A stretch of DNA of 64,000 bases. Source: Candidatus Latescibacterota bacterium. GTDB lineage: Bacteria; Latescibacterota; UBA2968; GCA-2709665. This document shows, piece after piece, positions 49,887 through 59,414 of the stretch. Positions within the stretch are counted from its first letter, which is position 1; each line of letters opens with the position of its first letter. The position numbers and the translations under genes are program-made. The notes under the pieces were generated by a model, which did no database searches, had not been told where the DNA came from, and saw only the letters and a program-made list of their open reading frames with translations. Location: positions 1,344,001-1,408,000 of the forward strand of contig OZ244937.1 in assembly GCA_965222075.1 (NCBI GenBank), read 5' to 3'.

Positions 49887-50249
49887 TCAGGTCTGTCCGT
49901 CAACCAAATTTTTCAACTCAAGGAGCATCTCGCGAAGGTCGGACAAGAGGGCTCCCGAATCCTGTGGCTCCGGCCTTTCCTCCGCTTCGGGTTCCAGCGC
50001 CTGCTGCTGCCAGAGAGAAGGGTGCGCTTTGAGCCGTTCCACAGCCCCTTTAATGGTGTATTTCTTATTGTGCCGCAGCTCCTTAATGGCCAGGACAATC
50101 CGGATATCCCGTTCTTTGTAAAATCGGTTTCCGGACCTGCCCCGTTTGGGCCGCAGCATTGGAAATTCTTTTTCCCAAAAACGGAGCACATGGGGTTCAG
50201 CCCCGGTCTGCCTGGAGACCTCACGAATCGAATAGTAGATTTTTTTCAT
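49887..50249 (-). CDS. MerR-family transcriptional regulator
   Basis: YYSIREVS, PHVLRFWEKEF, GNRFY, YTIKGA. Confidence 0.88.
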   Translation of the reverse strand: MKKIYYSIREVSRQTGAEPHVLRFWEKEFPMLRPKRGRSGNRFYKERDIRIVLAIKELRHNKKYTIKGAVERLKAHPSLWQQQALEPEAEERPEPQDSGALLSDLREMLLELKNLVDGQT

Positions 50250-50280
50250 TTATGGTTGTTCTTGATTTTATGATAGTTAT

Positions 50281-51600
50281 CTACTTTTTTCTGAAGACGA
50301 TGCGAACGGGCGTGCCATGAAAGTCGAAGCGTTCCCGGAGCCGCCGCTCCAGAAAGCGCCGGTAGTGTTCGGGGATGTCCCGGGGCCTGGACGTAAAAAA
50401 GAGCACCGTGGGCGGTTCCGTGCGGGGCTGAACGCAGTAGTAGATCCGCGAGGTGCGCCCCTTTCGAGACGGGGGCGGCGATTCGGCGTTTAACTCCTCC
50501 AGGAAACGGTTGAGTTCCCCCGTGCCGATCCTGTACCGGCGGCGGTCGTAGACCTCAAACGCCATATCCATCGTCCGCCAGGTCCGCTGCCCCGTGAGGG
50601 CGGAGGTAAAGACCATTGGATAATCGTGCAGGGAGGGAAACCGCCGGATGAGGTCCCGGGTGCGGATTGCCGCGGTTTTGTCGTCTTTTTCAATCAGGTC
50701 CCATTTGTTCACGACCAGAACGGCCCCCTTTCCCAACGCCACCGCCTGCCCCAGAATCCTGACATCCTGCAGCGTACAGCCCTCTTCCGCATCCACCAGC
50801 ACAATCGCCACATCACACCGTCCCAGGCTCGCAGATGTGCGCACCGTGCTGTAATACTCCACCCGTTCCCTAACCCGGGCACGCCGCCGCAGGCCGGCCG
50901 TATCGATCAGCAGATAATCCCGCCCGTTTCGCCGCATGGGCAAATCGATCGCGTCCCGGGTCGTACCCGGAATCGGGCTGACCACCACCCGGTCTTCCCC
51001 CAGCAGCCGGTTGACAAAGGTCGATTTGCCCACATTGGGCCGGCCCACCACCGCGATCCGGGGGATGCCCGCCTCCTCCTCTACCTCCTCTTCGCCTTCG
51101 GGCAGCCGGGCGATCACCTCGTCTAAAAGATCGCCGGACAGACGCCCGCTGAGGGCCGATACACCGATGGGGTCGCTCAATCCAAGGCGGTAAAACGGGG
51201 CTGCATCCGGCTCATCCCGCTCGGAGTCGATCTTGTTCACAACCAGCAGGTAGGGCGTCCCGCAGGTGTGGATCAGCCGGGCCATCTCCCCGTCGTAGTC
51301 GGTAGGGCCTGTTTTTGCATCCACCACCACCAGGATCAAATCGGCCTCGGAGACTGCGATCTCCACCTGGTGCGTGACGTCTTCGGCGAGCGGTTCGTCC
51401 GGATGCGGGATGTATCCCCCCGTATCGATCAGGGTAAAGACGCGCCGATTCCAGGCCACCTCGGCGTAGTTGCGGTCCCTGGTGACCCCCGGCAGGTCGT
51501 CCACAACGGCCCGGCGTTCGCCCAAAAAGCGGTTAAACAGGGTCGATTTACCCACATTGGGCCGCCCCACAATGGCAACGACCGCTTTGCGCTGTCCCAA
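50281..51600 (-). CDS. der: Ribosome biogenesis GTPase Der
   Basis: Two GRPNVGKS G-domains plus KH-like tail. Confidence 0.95.
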   Translation of the reverse strand: MGQRKAVVAIVGRPNVGKSTLFNRFLGERRAVVDDLPGVTRDRNYAEVAWNRRVFTLIDTGGYIPHPDEPLAEDVTHQVEIAVSEADLILVVVDAKTGPTDYDGEMARLIHTCGTPYLLVVNKIDSERDEPDAAPFYRLGLSDPIGVSALSGRLSGDLLDEVIARLPEGEEEVEEEAGIPRIAVVGRPNVGKSTFVNRLLGEDRVVVSPIPGTTRDAIDLPMRRNGRDYLLIDTAGLRRRARVRERVEYYSTVRTSASLGRCDVAIVLVDAEEGCTLQDVRILGQAVALGKGAVLVVNKWDLIEKDDKTAAIRTRDLIRRFPSLHDYPMVFTSALTGQRTWRTMDMAFEVYDRRRYRIGTGELNRFLEELNAESPPPSRKGRTSRIYYCVQPRTEPPTVLFFTSRPRDIPEHYRRFLERRLRERFDFHGTPVRIVFRKK

Positions 51601-51619
51601 AAGCGTTCACCTCCCCTTA

Positions 51620-53041
51620 TCACACCACCTGATGCGACGAAATATAGGGATGTGTGACCTCTCCGGTCTCTCTGCCCATCTCCCGTCCGCCCCGTCCCTT
51701 CACCACGTCTTTGAGGGTCTCCACCAGGTCGTAGCTCCCCACAAGGACTTCACACCCCAGGTTTTCCGACAGATCCGAAGGGGTCAGGTCATCCAGAAAA
51801 ACCCCGGTATGGCTGATGCAGTTGGGAGGCAGAACGACCACGTCCGCAGGCGCGCATCGCGCCTTTAAAGCATCGCGCATATCGCCTCCGGTCAGGAGGC
51901 CGGAAACGGTAATTCCACCTCCGAGAAACCGGTTGTGCACCTCAATCAGGTGGACGTTCAGCCAGGGCAGACGGTTGAGGCGGTCCACCATGCGCCGCAT
52001 AAACCCCGCGCCCAACACGCTGGTGACCAGGGTTGCCCTGAGCGGGTCCGGGCACGTCGATTCAAGGTCGGAAACCCCTTCCTCAAAGGCGTCGATAAAC
52101 CGCCGCACCATTCCCACGCCGTTCTCCACTAAGGGAAATCCATCGTAGTGCGCCCGATCCGGTAGCTCGCGGCCTGCCAGAATGTAAAACTCATCCCCCA
52201 GGTAGACAAAGTTGATCCCCAGCCTCCTGTTGAGCCGCTCCTGCCACCCGGTGACCTGATCGACGCAATCCACTGCGACTTCAGGGGTTACCGGATCCAG
52301 TTCAGGCAGGTTCTTGCGATACCGGGTCAGCCCCAGCGGGACGATTCCCACCGATGCCACATCGGGATAACAGGCCGCCAGGTCAAACACCGTGCGCTTC
52401 AGATGGGGGCCGTCGTTGATCCCCGGACAGAGCACCACCTGCGTGTGCATCCGGATATTGTGCCGTGCCAGAAATTGGATCCGCTCCATCACATCAACCG
52501 GCTCCGAGCGGCCCAGCAACTGCCCCCGCAGGTCCGGGTGCGTGGCGTGGACCGAGATGTACATCGGGCTGAGCCGCTGATCCACGACGCGCCGGAATTC
52601 CTCTTCGGAGAGGTTGGTCAGGGTCACGTAGGCCCCGTGCAGAAACGAGAGCCGGTAGTCGTCGTCCTGGTAATACAGGGTCTTCCGCATCCCCCTGGGC
52701 ATCTGGTGCAAAAAGCAGAACACGCACTTGTTGTTGCACTTGAGGATCGGCATGTCGTCCAGCACAATGCCCAGATCCTCGTCAGCGTCCTTTTCAATGT
52801 CAAAGATGGCGGTCTCTTCTCCCCTGCGCAGGTGGACCTCAACCGCCTCGTCGCCGATGTGAAACCGGTAGTCGATGGGATCGCGGATAGGCTCCCCGTT
52901 GACCGCCTCGATCACATCCCCAACCTGCATACCCACCGCCTCTCCGATGCCACCGGGGACGACCTCCTTGACCCTCACCCTCCCCTCCGCTTTCTCGACC
53001 ATGCGGAGACCTTCTAACGCAATCCGTTTTTGGCCCTTCAT
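51620..53041 (-). CDS. DUF512 / PDZ + radical-SAM-like protein
   Basis: N-terminal PDZ, CNNKCVFC, DDDYRLSF, upstream of der. Confidence 0.85.
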   Translation of the reverse strand: MKGQKRIALEGLRMVEKAEGRVRVKEVVPGGIGEAVGMQVGDVIEAVNGEPIRDPIDYRFHIGDEAVEVHLRRGEETAIFDIEKDADEDLGIVLDDMPILKCNNKCVFCFLHQMPRGMRKTLYYQDDDYRLSFLHGAYVTLTNLSEEEFRRVVDQRLSPMYISVHATHPDLRGQLLGRSEPVDVMERIQFLARHNIRMHTQVVLCPGINDGPHLKRTVFDLAACYPDVASVGIVPLGLTRYRKNLPELDPVTPEVAVDCVDQVTGWQERLNRRLGINFVYLGDEFYILAGRELPDRAHYDGFPLVENGVGMVRRFIDAFEEGVSDLESTCPDPLRATLVTSVLGAGFMRRMVDRLNRLPWLNVHLIEVHNRFLGGGITVSGLLTGGDMRDALKARCAPADVVVLPPNCISHTGVFLDDLTPSDLSENLGCEVLVGSYDLVETLKDVVKGRGGREMGRETGEVTHPYISSHQVV

Positions 53042-53117
53042 AGAACGCCTATATTTGATTGTTACACAAGGTAGTGGACAAATAACTTATACAATTACTT
53101 TGAAAGATAAACCAAAC

Positions 53118-53153
53118 AAAAAGCGCGGTCAAGGAAAATGTGGTTGACCGCGC
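53118..53153 (-). terminator. Terminator downstream of tRNA-Gly; its 3' arm also gives a TTGACC-17-TATCTT promoter-like sequence
   Basis: GCGCGGTCAA..TTGACCGCGC hairpin + T5. Confidence 0.55.
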
Positions 53154-53167
53154 AGCATTCAAAATTA

Positions 53168-53242
53168 TGGAGCGGGAGACGGGGATCGAACCCGCGACAT
53201 CAAGCTTGGGAAGCTTGCGTTCTACCACTGAACTACTCCCGC
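53168..53242 (-). tRNA. tRNA-Gly(CCC)
   Basis: GCGGGAG/CTCCCGC acceptor stem, anticodon arm CAAGC-TTCCCAA-GCTTG, GGTTCGATCC T-arm, encoded CCA. Confidence 0.95.
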
Positions 53243-53261
53243 TTCCATCCAGGAACACTCA

Positions 53262-53290
53262 AATCTACAAACGCTTACCGGGTCTGTCAA
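53262..53290 (-). promoter_or_regulatory. Sigma70-like promoter of tRNA-Gly inside the miaA 3' end
   Basis: TTGACA-17-TAGATT, 19 nt upstream of the tRNA. Confidence 0.6.
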
Positions 53291-54182
53291 GTCTTTTGAG
53301 GATGGCCGTTGCTGCGTCTTCTGATGTGGGGTCAATCCAGGTCAGCCGGGACTCTCGGCGAAACCAGGTCAACTGCCGCCTGGCATACTGCCGGGTTCCC
53401 ACCTTAATTTGATCCACAGCCGTCTCCAGGTCCAGATCGCCATCCAAAACAGCGAAGATTTCCCGGTATCCAAACGTATTCAGCGCATTAAGCCCGGGGC
53501 CGTAGCCCCGTTTGCGAAGGGATTCGACCTCATCGACCAATCCCGCCTCAAGCATCCGGTCCACACGGGCTTCGATCCGGCCGTAGAGGCGCGCCCGGTC
53601 CATGTCCAGCCCGAACCAGCGGGCCTCCCACCGGCCTTCCCGGGGGCGCTTCTGGAGGTCCGACAGCCGCTCCCCCGTGGCCTCAAATACCTCCAGAGCG
53701 CGGACAACACGCTGGGAATCGTGCGGATGCAACCTCTGCGCGATCTTCGGATCGACTTTCGAAAGGCGCTGGTAGAGCACCGGCAAATCATCCCGGGCTT
53801 CCTTCAGCAGACGACTCCGGACCTCTGAGGGGATCTCCGGTATCGGGGAGAACCCATCCAGCAGCGCCTCCAGGTAAAATCCGGATCCACCGACTAAGAT
53901 GGGCAACCGTCCTCGCCGCTGCACATCCCGGATCGCCGCGGCGGCCTCCCGGGCGTAGCGCCCTGCGCTATAAGGCTCATCGGGACCGACCACGTCGATC
54001 ATGTGGTGGCGTGCGCCCACCTGTTCCTCCGGTGTAGCTTTCGCCGTTCCGATGTCCATATAGCGGTAGACCTGCCGGGCGTCGACCGAAACAATCTCTC
54101 CATCCAGGGCCTGTGTGAGGGCCACCCCGGTCCGGGTCTTGCCCGAGGCCGTAGGCCCGGCCAGGACCAGAAGCGCCGGCAC
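53265..54182 (-). CDS. miaA: tRNA dimethylallyltransferase
   Basis: GPTASGKT, QVYRYMDIGTAK, VGGSGFY, YARRQLTWF. Confidence 0.94.
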   Translation of the reverse strand: MPALLVLAGPTASGKTRTGVALTQALDGEIVSVDARQVYRYMDIGTAKATPEEQVGARHHMIDVVGPDEPYSAGRYAREAAAAIRDVQRRGRLPILVGGSGFYLEALLDGFSPIPEIPSEVRSRLLKEARDDLPVLYQRLSKVDPKIAQRLHPHDSQRVVRALEVFEATGERLSDLQKRPREGRWEARWFGLDMDRARLYGRIEARVDRMLEAGLVDEVESLRKRGYGPGLNALNTFGYREIFAVLDGDLDLETAVDQIKVGTRQYARRQLTWFRRESRLTWIDPTSEDAATAILKRLDRPGKRL

Positions 54183-54189
54183 ATCCGTT

Positions 54190-56055
54190 CTACCGTCTGA
54201 AATGCTGGTCGATTTCATCCAACGACATCTTGACCACAATAGGCCGGCCCTGAGGGCCGACAAAAGGCTCCCGGGTTGCAAACAGCCGATCGATGAGGCC
54301 CTGCATCTCCCTGGTGGAGAGGGCGTCCCCGGACCGGACGGACGTGTGGGCGGCATACGATGCGGCCAGCCGGTGCTCCAGAGGGGAGATCTGCCGGTCT
54401 TGTCCGGGCGAAGCGGAAAACCGGCCCTCCAGATCCCGGACAATTTCCCGGAGGAGCTTCCCCTCCTCCCAGGCCTTCAGATCCACAGGGATCGCATCGA
54501 CCACCACGGTATTTCCCCCGAAATCCCGGACTCCGAAACCCATTTTTTCCAGCAAGGGCATGGCCTCCCGAACGGCCTGGATCTCCGCAAGCCCAAAATC
54601 CAGCGTGAGGGGAAACAAGAGGCGTTGTCCGGTGCCGGGCGTACCGTGGAAATGTTCCAGCACCTGTTCGTACAGAATGCGCTCGTGCGCGACGTGCTGG
54701 TCGATGATGATAACCCCGTTCTTGATGTGGGCCAGGATGTATCTCTGATGCAGTTGCCAGACCGAAACCTGGGCCGGGTTCTCTTCGATCAGGTCCTCTT
54801 CGGGCAACGCCCTGGCCGGCTGCACGCCCTCCACGGCCGGTTTGCGCACCGTCAGCGGCAGAGCCATTTGGGGGTCCCTGTCGAGTCCCAGCGGATCTGT
54901 GAGATAGGCCTGACGGCGTTCTTCAGCCGGGCGTTCTGCGACCAGTTCCGGCGCGCGTCCGGGCATCATCTCCGGCGGATGTACAGACGCCTTCGGAGAC
55001 GACGAAGCCGTTCCGGAAAATGTGGAAATCGGCTCAAAGTTGCCCGGCCCCATATCGGGGATCAAATCGACCTCGCGGATCGCCGTGCGAACAGCCTCGG
55101 CCAGGGTCCGGTAAACCGTGCGTTCATCGGCAAACCGGACCTCCCGTTTGGACGGGTGTACGTTCACATCCAGGCGGGTCGGATCGACCTCCAGGAAAAT
55201 GGAAAAGGTCGGATAGAGGCCCCTGGCCAGCAGTCCGCCGTAGCCGTCGTAAATCGCATAGGTCATGGCCTTATGCTGTACCCACCGGCCGTTCACGACC
55301 AGGGCCTGCTGCGCGCCCGACTTGCAGGCGGTCTCGGGGCGGCCCACAAAGCCCCAGACCCGGATGCCCTCTGCGCCGCCCTCTACAAAGATCGCATCCC
55401 CGCCCAGATAGACCCCGAATACCGATTCGATCCGGCGCTTTCGGTCGGCGCGGTCCAGGTTGAGCATTTCGCGGCCGTTGTGCGAAAAAACAAACGCGAT
55501 CTCGGCATAGGCCAGGGCCAGGCCGGTCACGGCATTGACCGTATGCCGCAGTTCGGTGTCGGTCCCCTTTAAAAACTTGCGTCTGGCCGGCACGTTAAAA
55601 AAAAGCCCGTGAACGGTCACGGTCGTCCCCCGTCCCCGTCCAGCGGACGTCATATCCCGGACCCGTCCGCCCTCCACCACAATCCGGGTTGCCTCTTCGT
55701 CCTCCTCCAGCCGGGTTTCCAGAACCATTCGAGACACGGCCGCGATACTGGGCAGGGCCTCTCCGCGAAACCCGAGGGTGCGCAGGGTGCGCAGGTCAGA
55801 CAGGTCGCAAATCTTGCTGGTCGCATGGCGTTCCAGGGCCAAGAGGGCGTCGTCCCGGCACATGCCACAGCCGTTGTCGCTGACCCGAATGGTCTCCTTC
55901 CCCCCCGCGGCGACCTCGACCACAATCCGGTCCGCACCCGCATCAATGGCGTTTTCGACCAGTTCCTTCACCACCGACGCCGGTCGCTCCACCACTTCTC
56001 CGGCGGCAATCCGGTTGGCGATTTCATCGGGAAGAACGCGAATACGGTTGGGCAT
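54190..56055 (-). CDS. mutL: DNA mismatch repair protein MutL
   Basis: IAAGEVVERPASVVKELVEN, GFRGEAL, DVNVHPSK, DQHVAHER. Confidence 0.95.
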   Translation of the reverse strand: MPNRIRVLPDEIANRIAAGEVVERPASVVKELVENAIDAGADRIVVEVAAGGKETIRVSDNGCGMCRDDALLALERHATSKICDLSDLRTLRTLGFRGEALPSIAAVSRMVLETRLEEDEEATRIVVEGGRVRDMTSAGRGRGTTVTVHGLFFNVPARRKFLKGTDTELRHTVNAVTGLALAYAEIAFVFSHNGREMLNLDRADRKRRIESVFGVYLGGDAIFVEGGAEGIRVWGFVGRPETACKSGAQQALVVNGRWVQHKAMTYAIYDGYGGLLARGLYPTFSIFLEVDPTRLDVNVHPSKREVRFADERTVYRTLAEAVRTAIREVDLIPDMGPGNFEPISTFSGTASSSPKASVHPPEMMPGRAPELVAERPAEERRQAYLTDPLGLDRDPQMALPLTVRKPAVEGVQPARALPEEDLIEENPAQVSVWQLHQRYILAHIKNGVIIIDQHVAHERILYEQVLEHFHGTPGTGQRLLFPLTLDFGLAEIQAVREAMPLLEKMGFGVRDFGGNTVVVDAIPVDLKAWEEGKLLREIVRDLEGRFSASPGQDRQISPLEHRLAASYAAHTSVRSGDALSTREMQGLIDRLFATREPFVGPQGRPIVVKMSLDEIDQHFRR

Positions 56056-56215
56056 AAGAAAAGCCCTTACAGGCTAACCCGCCAGGAGAGCGAAACAATC
56101 GGCTTCCGTCACAAACTTCTCCGCCACCACCCTGGAAACCTGCCTGCGCAGTGCTGAAAACCGCTCGTGGTCCACAATCAGCACCCGTGTTGACCCGGAC
56201 ATAGACCCCGATCTC

Positions 56216-57574
56216 CTATCCATCTGCGAGCCGGTCCAGGGCGCAGTCCAGGGCCTGCACCGTCCTGTCCAGATCTTCCCGGGTATGTGTCGAAGCAGCC
56301 AGCCCCGCCAACCCGCACATGTCAACCCCCTCCAACAGCATGGCCGAATGGAAGGCGTCTCTGATGGCCGGATCCGGCCCTTTCAGATCCCGGTAATCGT
56401 ACCGTCCCTCCCGGATGGCCGGCAGAGCCTCTTCGGGGTCCCCACAATTGGGAAGGACCTTAATGCCCGAAAAATCTCCGTAAACCACCCAGTTGACGCG
56501 GTGGGCGGCGATCACCTCGTTCAGGCGCCTGCGCAAACGGTCTGCATTCCGGTTGGCCTTCTTGATCTCCTCACCGGAGGCGATGGTCTTCAGAGTCGCA
56601 ATGCCGGCTGCGGCGGAAAGGGGGTTGGCGTTAAACGTCCCCTGATGGGGCATTTTGCGGCAGGTGTCCCATTCCCGGTCTCCGTGAAAGGCCAGGAGTT
56701 CAAAAATATCCGCCCGCCCCGCCAGGCACCCTCCGGGCAGCCCGCCCGCCAGGATTTTGGCCAGAGAGGTCAGATCGGGCGTCACGTTGAAATAGGCCTG
56801 GGCCCCTCCGGGTGAGCAACGGAACCCGGTGACCACCTCGTCAAAAACCAGAAGCACATCGTGCCGCCTTGTGACCTCACGCAGGTCCTGTAAAAAGCCC
56901 TGTCGGGTGGGAATGGCGCCAAATGTCGCGCCCGTGGGTTCCAGGATCACACAGGCGATATCGTCGTCCTCTTTGAGAATATCTTCAATCTGATTGATAT
57001 CGTTGGGCGGGCAGAGGCGCACCGTGTCGGCCACCTCGCGCAAAATACCGGGAGGCACCGGCTCATCAAACGGGGGAATCACGCCGACGATCAGATTGTC
57101 GTGCCACCCGTGAAAATGCCCGATGAACTTGACCACCTTCCGCTTGCCGGTAAAGGTGCGCGCCAGCCGCAGCGCCATCATGGTGGCCTCCGTGCCCGAA
57201 CTGGTAAACCGGACCCGTTCGGCCGAAGGAATCAGGCGTTGCACCCATTCTCCCCATTCGACCTCCAGTTCGTGGCAGGCCCCGTAGTGCGTGCCCAAAG
57301 CAACCTGTTCGGTCACAGCCTGCACCAGCACCGGGTGGGCGTGCCCCAGCAGCAAAGCCCCGTGCCCCATCCAGAAATCCACGTATTCCCGGCCGTCCAC
57401 ATCCCACTTGCGCCCCCCCGCCGCCCGGCTTGCGTAGATCGGAAATGGACCGTAACTGCGCAGGTCGTGCGTCACCCCGTTTGGAAAGATGCGCTGAGCG
57501 CGTTCGTAGAGCGCATACGACCCCTGAAGGGCCTCATAATAAGCCGGTTCAATCCCTGCAACCATTTCCGCCAC
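56216..57574 (-). CDS. Class III aminotransferase (GSA aminomutase-like)
   Basis: WDVDGREYVD, SSGTEA, FDEVVTGFR, SLAKILAGG. Confidence 0.85.
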   Translation of the reverse strand: MAEMVAGIEPAYYEALQGSYALYERAQRIFPNGVTHDLRSYGPFPIYASRAAGGRKWDVDGREYVDFWMGHGALLLGHAHPVLVQAVTEQVALGTHYGACHELEVEWGEWVQRLIPSAERVRFTSSGTEATMMALRLARTFTGKRKVVKFIGHFHGWHDNLIVGVIPPFDEPVPPGILREVADTVRLCPPNDINQIEDILKEDDDIACVILEPTGATFGAIPTRQGFLQDLREVTRRHDVLLVFDEVVTGFRCSPGGAQAYFNVTPDLTSLAKILAGGLPGGCLAGRADIFELLAFHGDREWDTCRKMPHQGTFNANPLSAAAGIATLKTIASGEEIKKANRNADRLRRRLNEVIAAHRVNWVVYGDFSGIKVLPNCGDPEEALPAIREGRYDYRDLKGPDPAIRDAFHSAMLLEGVDMCGLAGLAASTHTREDLDRTVQALDCALDRLADG

Positions 57575-57676
57575 AAGATATTCCTCCGATTATATCAACT
57601 CAATTTAACCGAAAACGACAATACGTCCAATAAAAATAAGCAATGGCCCTTTGGAATGCAACTGCCAAAATCCTCC

Positions 57677-57770
57677 CTACCGCTGCGCCAACAGCGCCTT
57701 TGCCTGCCCGAAGAGCCTCTCCACCATCTCTTCGGTCAACACCCCGGTGTTCATGTTGTACCGGCTGAAA
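57677..57770 (-). pseudogene. C-terminal relic of a uracil-DNA glycosylase (UdgB-like)
   Basis: SRYNMNTGVLTEEMVERLF resembles the family-5 UDG C-terminal motif; upstream part absent. Confidence 0.45.
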
Positions 57771-57889
57771 AGGAATCCCCCCTGCCCCCCTCTTTTCGGG
57801 GACGCTTGCCCAATATCTTCTTTCAGAAAAAAGAGGCGATCCCCAGAATATGGGATCGCCTCCTGCACATCCGTACATCCATGCGAGGC

Positions 57890-58252
57890 TTATTCGATTC
57901 TTGGATTGAAAAAAACAGCCTGCTGAGCCTGGCGCGCCATCACTTCGTGTTCTTCATCCGTACACGCACTGTCCGTGGGAACGTCCGTATCCCGACCTCC
58001 GGGCTTATAGCCATTCGCGATCAGGTAGGACTCCAGTTCGTCCCCGTTGATATCGGCCAGCATATGGCCGCCGATCTCCACGCAGGGCTGCAGGGGCTGC
58101 CCGCTCTTGCGAACCATTTCTGCGTAGTTTTCGGGATAGTTAATAATGTCTTTATCCTGGAATTCCAGCCCATATTTTCCCAGAACCGCGCGCACGCCTC
58201 GGCTCCATCCACAACTCGGTTTTAAATAGGCAACAACCTTGGGATTTGCCAT
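57890..58252 (-). CDS. Monothiol glutaredoxin-like protein
   Basis: YLKPSCGWS, SGQPLQPCVEI. Confidence 0.75.
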   Translation of the reverse strand: MANPKVVAYLKPSCGWSRGVRAVLGKYGLEFQDKDIINYPENYAEMVRKSGQPLQPCVEIGGHMLADINGDELESYLIANGYKPGGRDTDVPTDSACTDEEHEVMARQAQQAVFFNPRIE

Positions 58253-58343
58253 AGAACGCTATCCTCCTCTTCGGAAAGGGATAAATAAACGATTGTCAAA
58301 ATGAAAGATAATCAAAATTTCAGGTTTCGCAACCCTTTAAACG

Positions 58344-58649
58344 TCATTCAGAAGCATTTACAGCCTCTGCAAAATCCAGGTCCGCCCGGGTTACGGCATT
58401 CTTGCTATGCGTGGTTACGGTTACGGTGAGGGTCTTGTTCCGGCTGTCCAGGTGAATATCCGAGTGATGGTTGTTGCTGTCCATAACCCCGGTCAGCTTT
58501 CGCACAAAGGCCATGGTCGGGACAAACTTCTCAAACCTCCAGACCCGGCGGAGCTCCTTCTTCCCCGCATCGTACTCCCACCCGTCCAGACCGGCAAGCG
58601 CACCCCGGATCTCCGCTTCGTTGACGAGGGTCTTATCCTCTACGGACAT
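58344..58649 (-). CDS. Pterin-4-alpha-carbinolamine dehydratase-like protein
   Basis: L.GW, F.KF, NHHSDI, TTHS..VT..D; start ATG 58649 behind GAGGAG. Confidence 0.8.
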   Translation of the reverse strand: MSVEDKTLVNEAEIRGALAGLDGWEYDAGKKELRRVWRFEKFVPTMAFVRKLTGVMDSNNHHSDIHLDSRNKTLTVTVTTHSKNAVTRADLDFAEAVNASE

Positions 58650-58700
58650 ACACTCCTCCTTATCTAAAAATTGCCCCAGGTGTCTCTTATGATATTCCCA

Positions 58701-58729
58701 AATATAGCAAAGGGGGTGAGATTTATCAA
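58701..58729 (-). promoter_or_regulatory. Sigma70-like promoter
   Basis: TTGATA-17-TATATT. Confidence 0.5.
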
Positions 58730-58832
58730 CCCTCCAGTTCCCCAGGGAACCACGGCCTCCCATTCCCCGAAGGCGCGGGAGGCACCCTCCTCCCTGCTTC
58801 AGGGACCAAATCCGGAATTTTGAGACGGCTTC

Positions 58833-59414
58833 TTATGGGCGATCACCCTTGATGCTTCTCGCGCAGAAGTAGCCTTTGGTGCGCGATAATCGCGCGCCGC
58901 TGCGCCAGCTGCCCGCGAAACCGTCCGCGGCGATCTCGTGTACCTCCAGCACCGTGTAGGCCCCGTCGAAGAGCATCGCATCCCGCCGGTTGGCGTCCGC
59001 ACCAAGGCGCAGCAGGATGCGGCGCTGACCGGCGCGGTTGCTTTCAAGCACGAGAACGCCGGGAGCCTGCGGGTCTTTACTGGCCGGATCGCCGACCCTG
59101 TACGCGCCAACCGCCCGGAGGTCCACATCTGTAAATCCGTACAGCGGCGTTGAGGCCGCGCCCAGCGAGTCGAGCCCCGGCGGTTGCCTGCGCAGGGTGA
59201 GCGCGCCCTGCACAGAGCGGGCGTTGGCACCATTGACCACTTCCACCAGCGTCAGCCGGTAGCGGCCGGCCCTACCCGATAGGGTCGCATCGGCGCGCAG
59301 GCGTGAGGACACCGGGGTGCAGATGGCCTCTGGCGGCGGCTCGCCTGCCCGGCATCCGGCCAGAGGTACAACGGAGATCATTGTCACAAGTATGCAAACG
59401 TCCAGGCGGCTCAT
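58833..59414 (-). CDS. Putative lipoprotein
   Basis: MSRLDVCILVTMISVVPLAG-C lipobox; ATG overlaps the upstream stop (ATGA). Confidence 0.65.
   Translation of the reverse strand: MSRLDVCILVTMISVVPLAGCRAGEPPPEAICTPVSSRLRADATLSGRAGRYRLTLVEVVNGANARSVQGALTLRRQPPGLDSLGAASTPLYGFTDVDLRAVGAYRVGDPASKDPQAPGVLVLESNRAGQRRILLRLGADANRRDAMLFDGAYTVLEVHEIAADGFAGSWRSGARLSRTKGYFCARSIKGDRP

Noticed and set aside
53168-53242. tRNA-Gly as an integration site
   Set aside because: No integrase or duplicated 3' end; flanks are core genes
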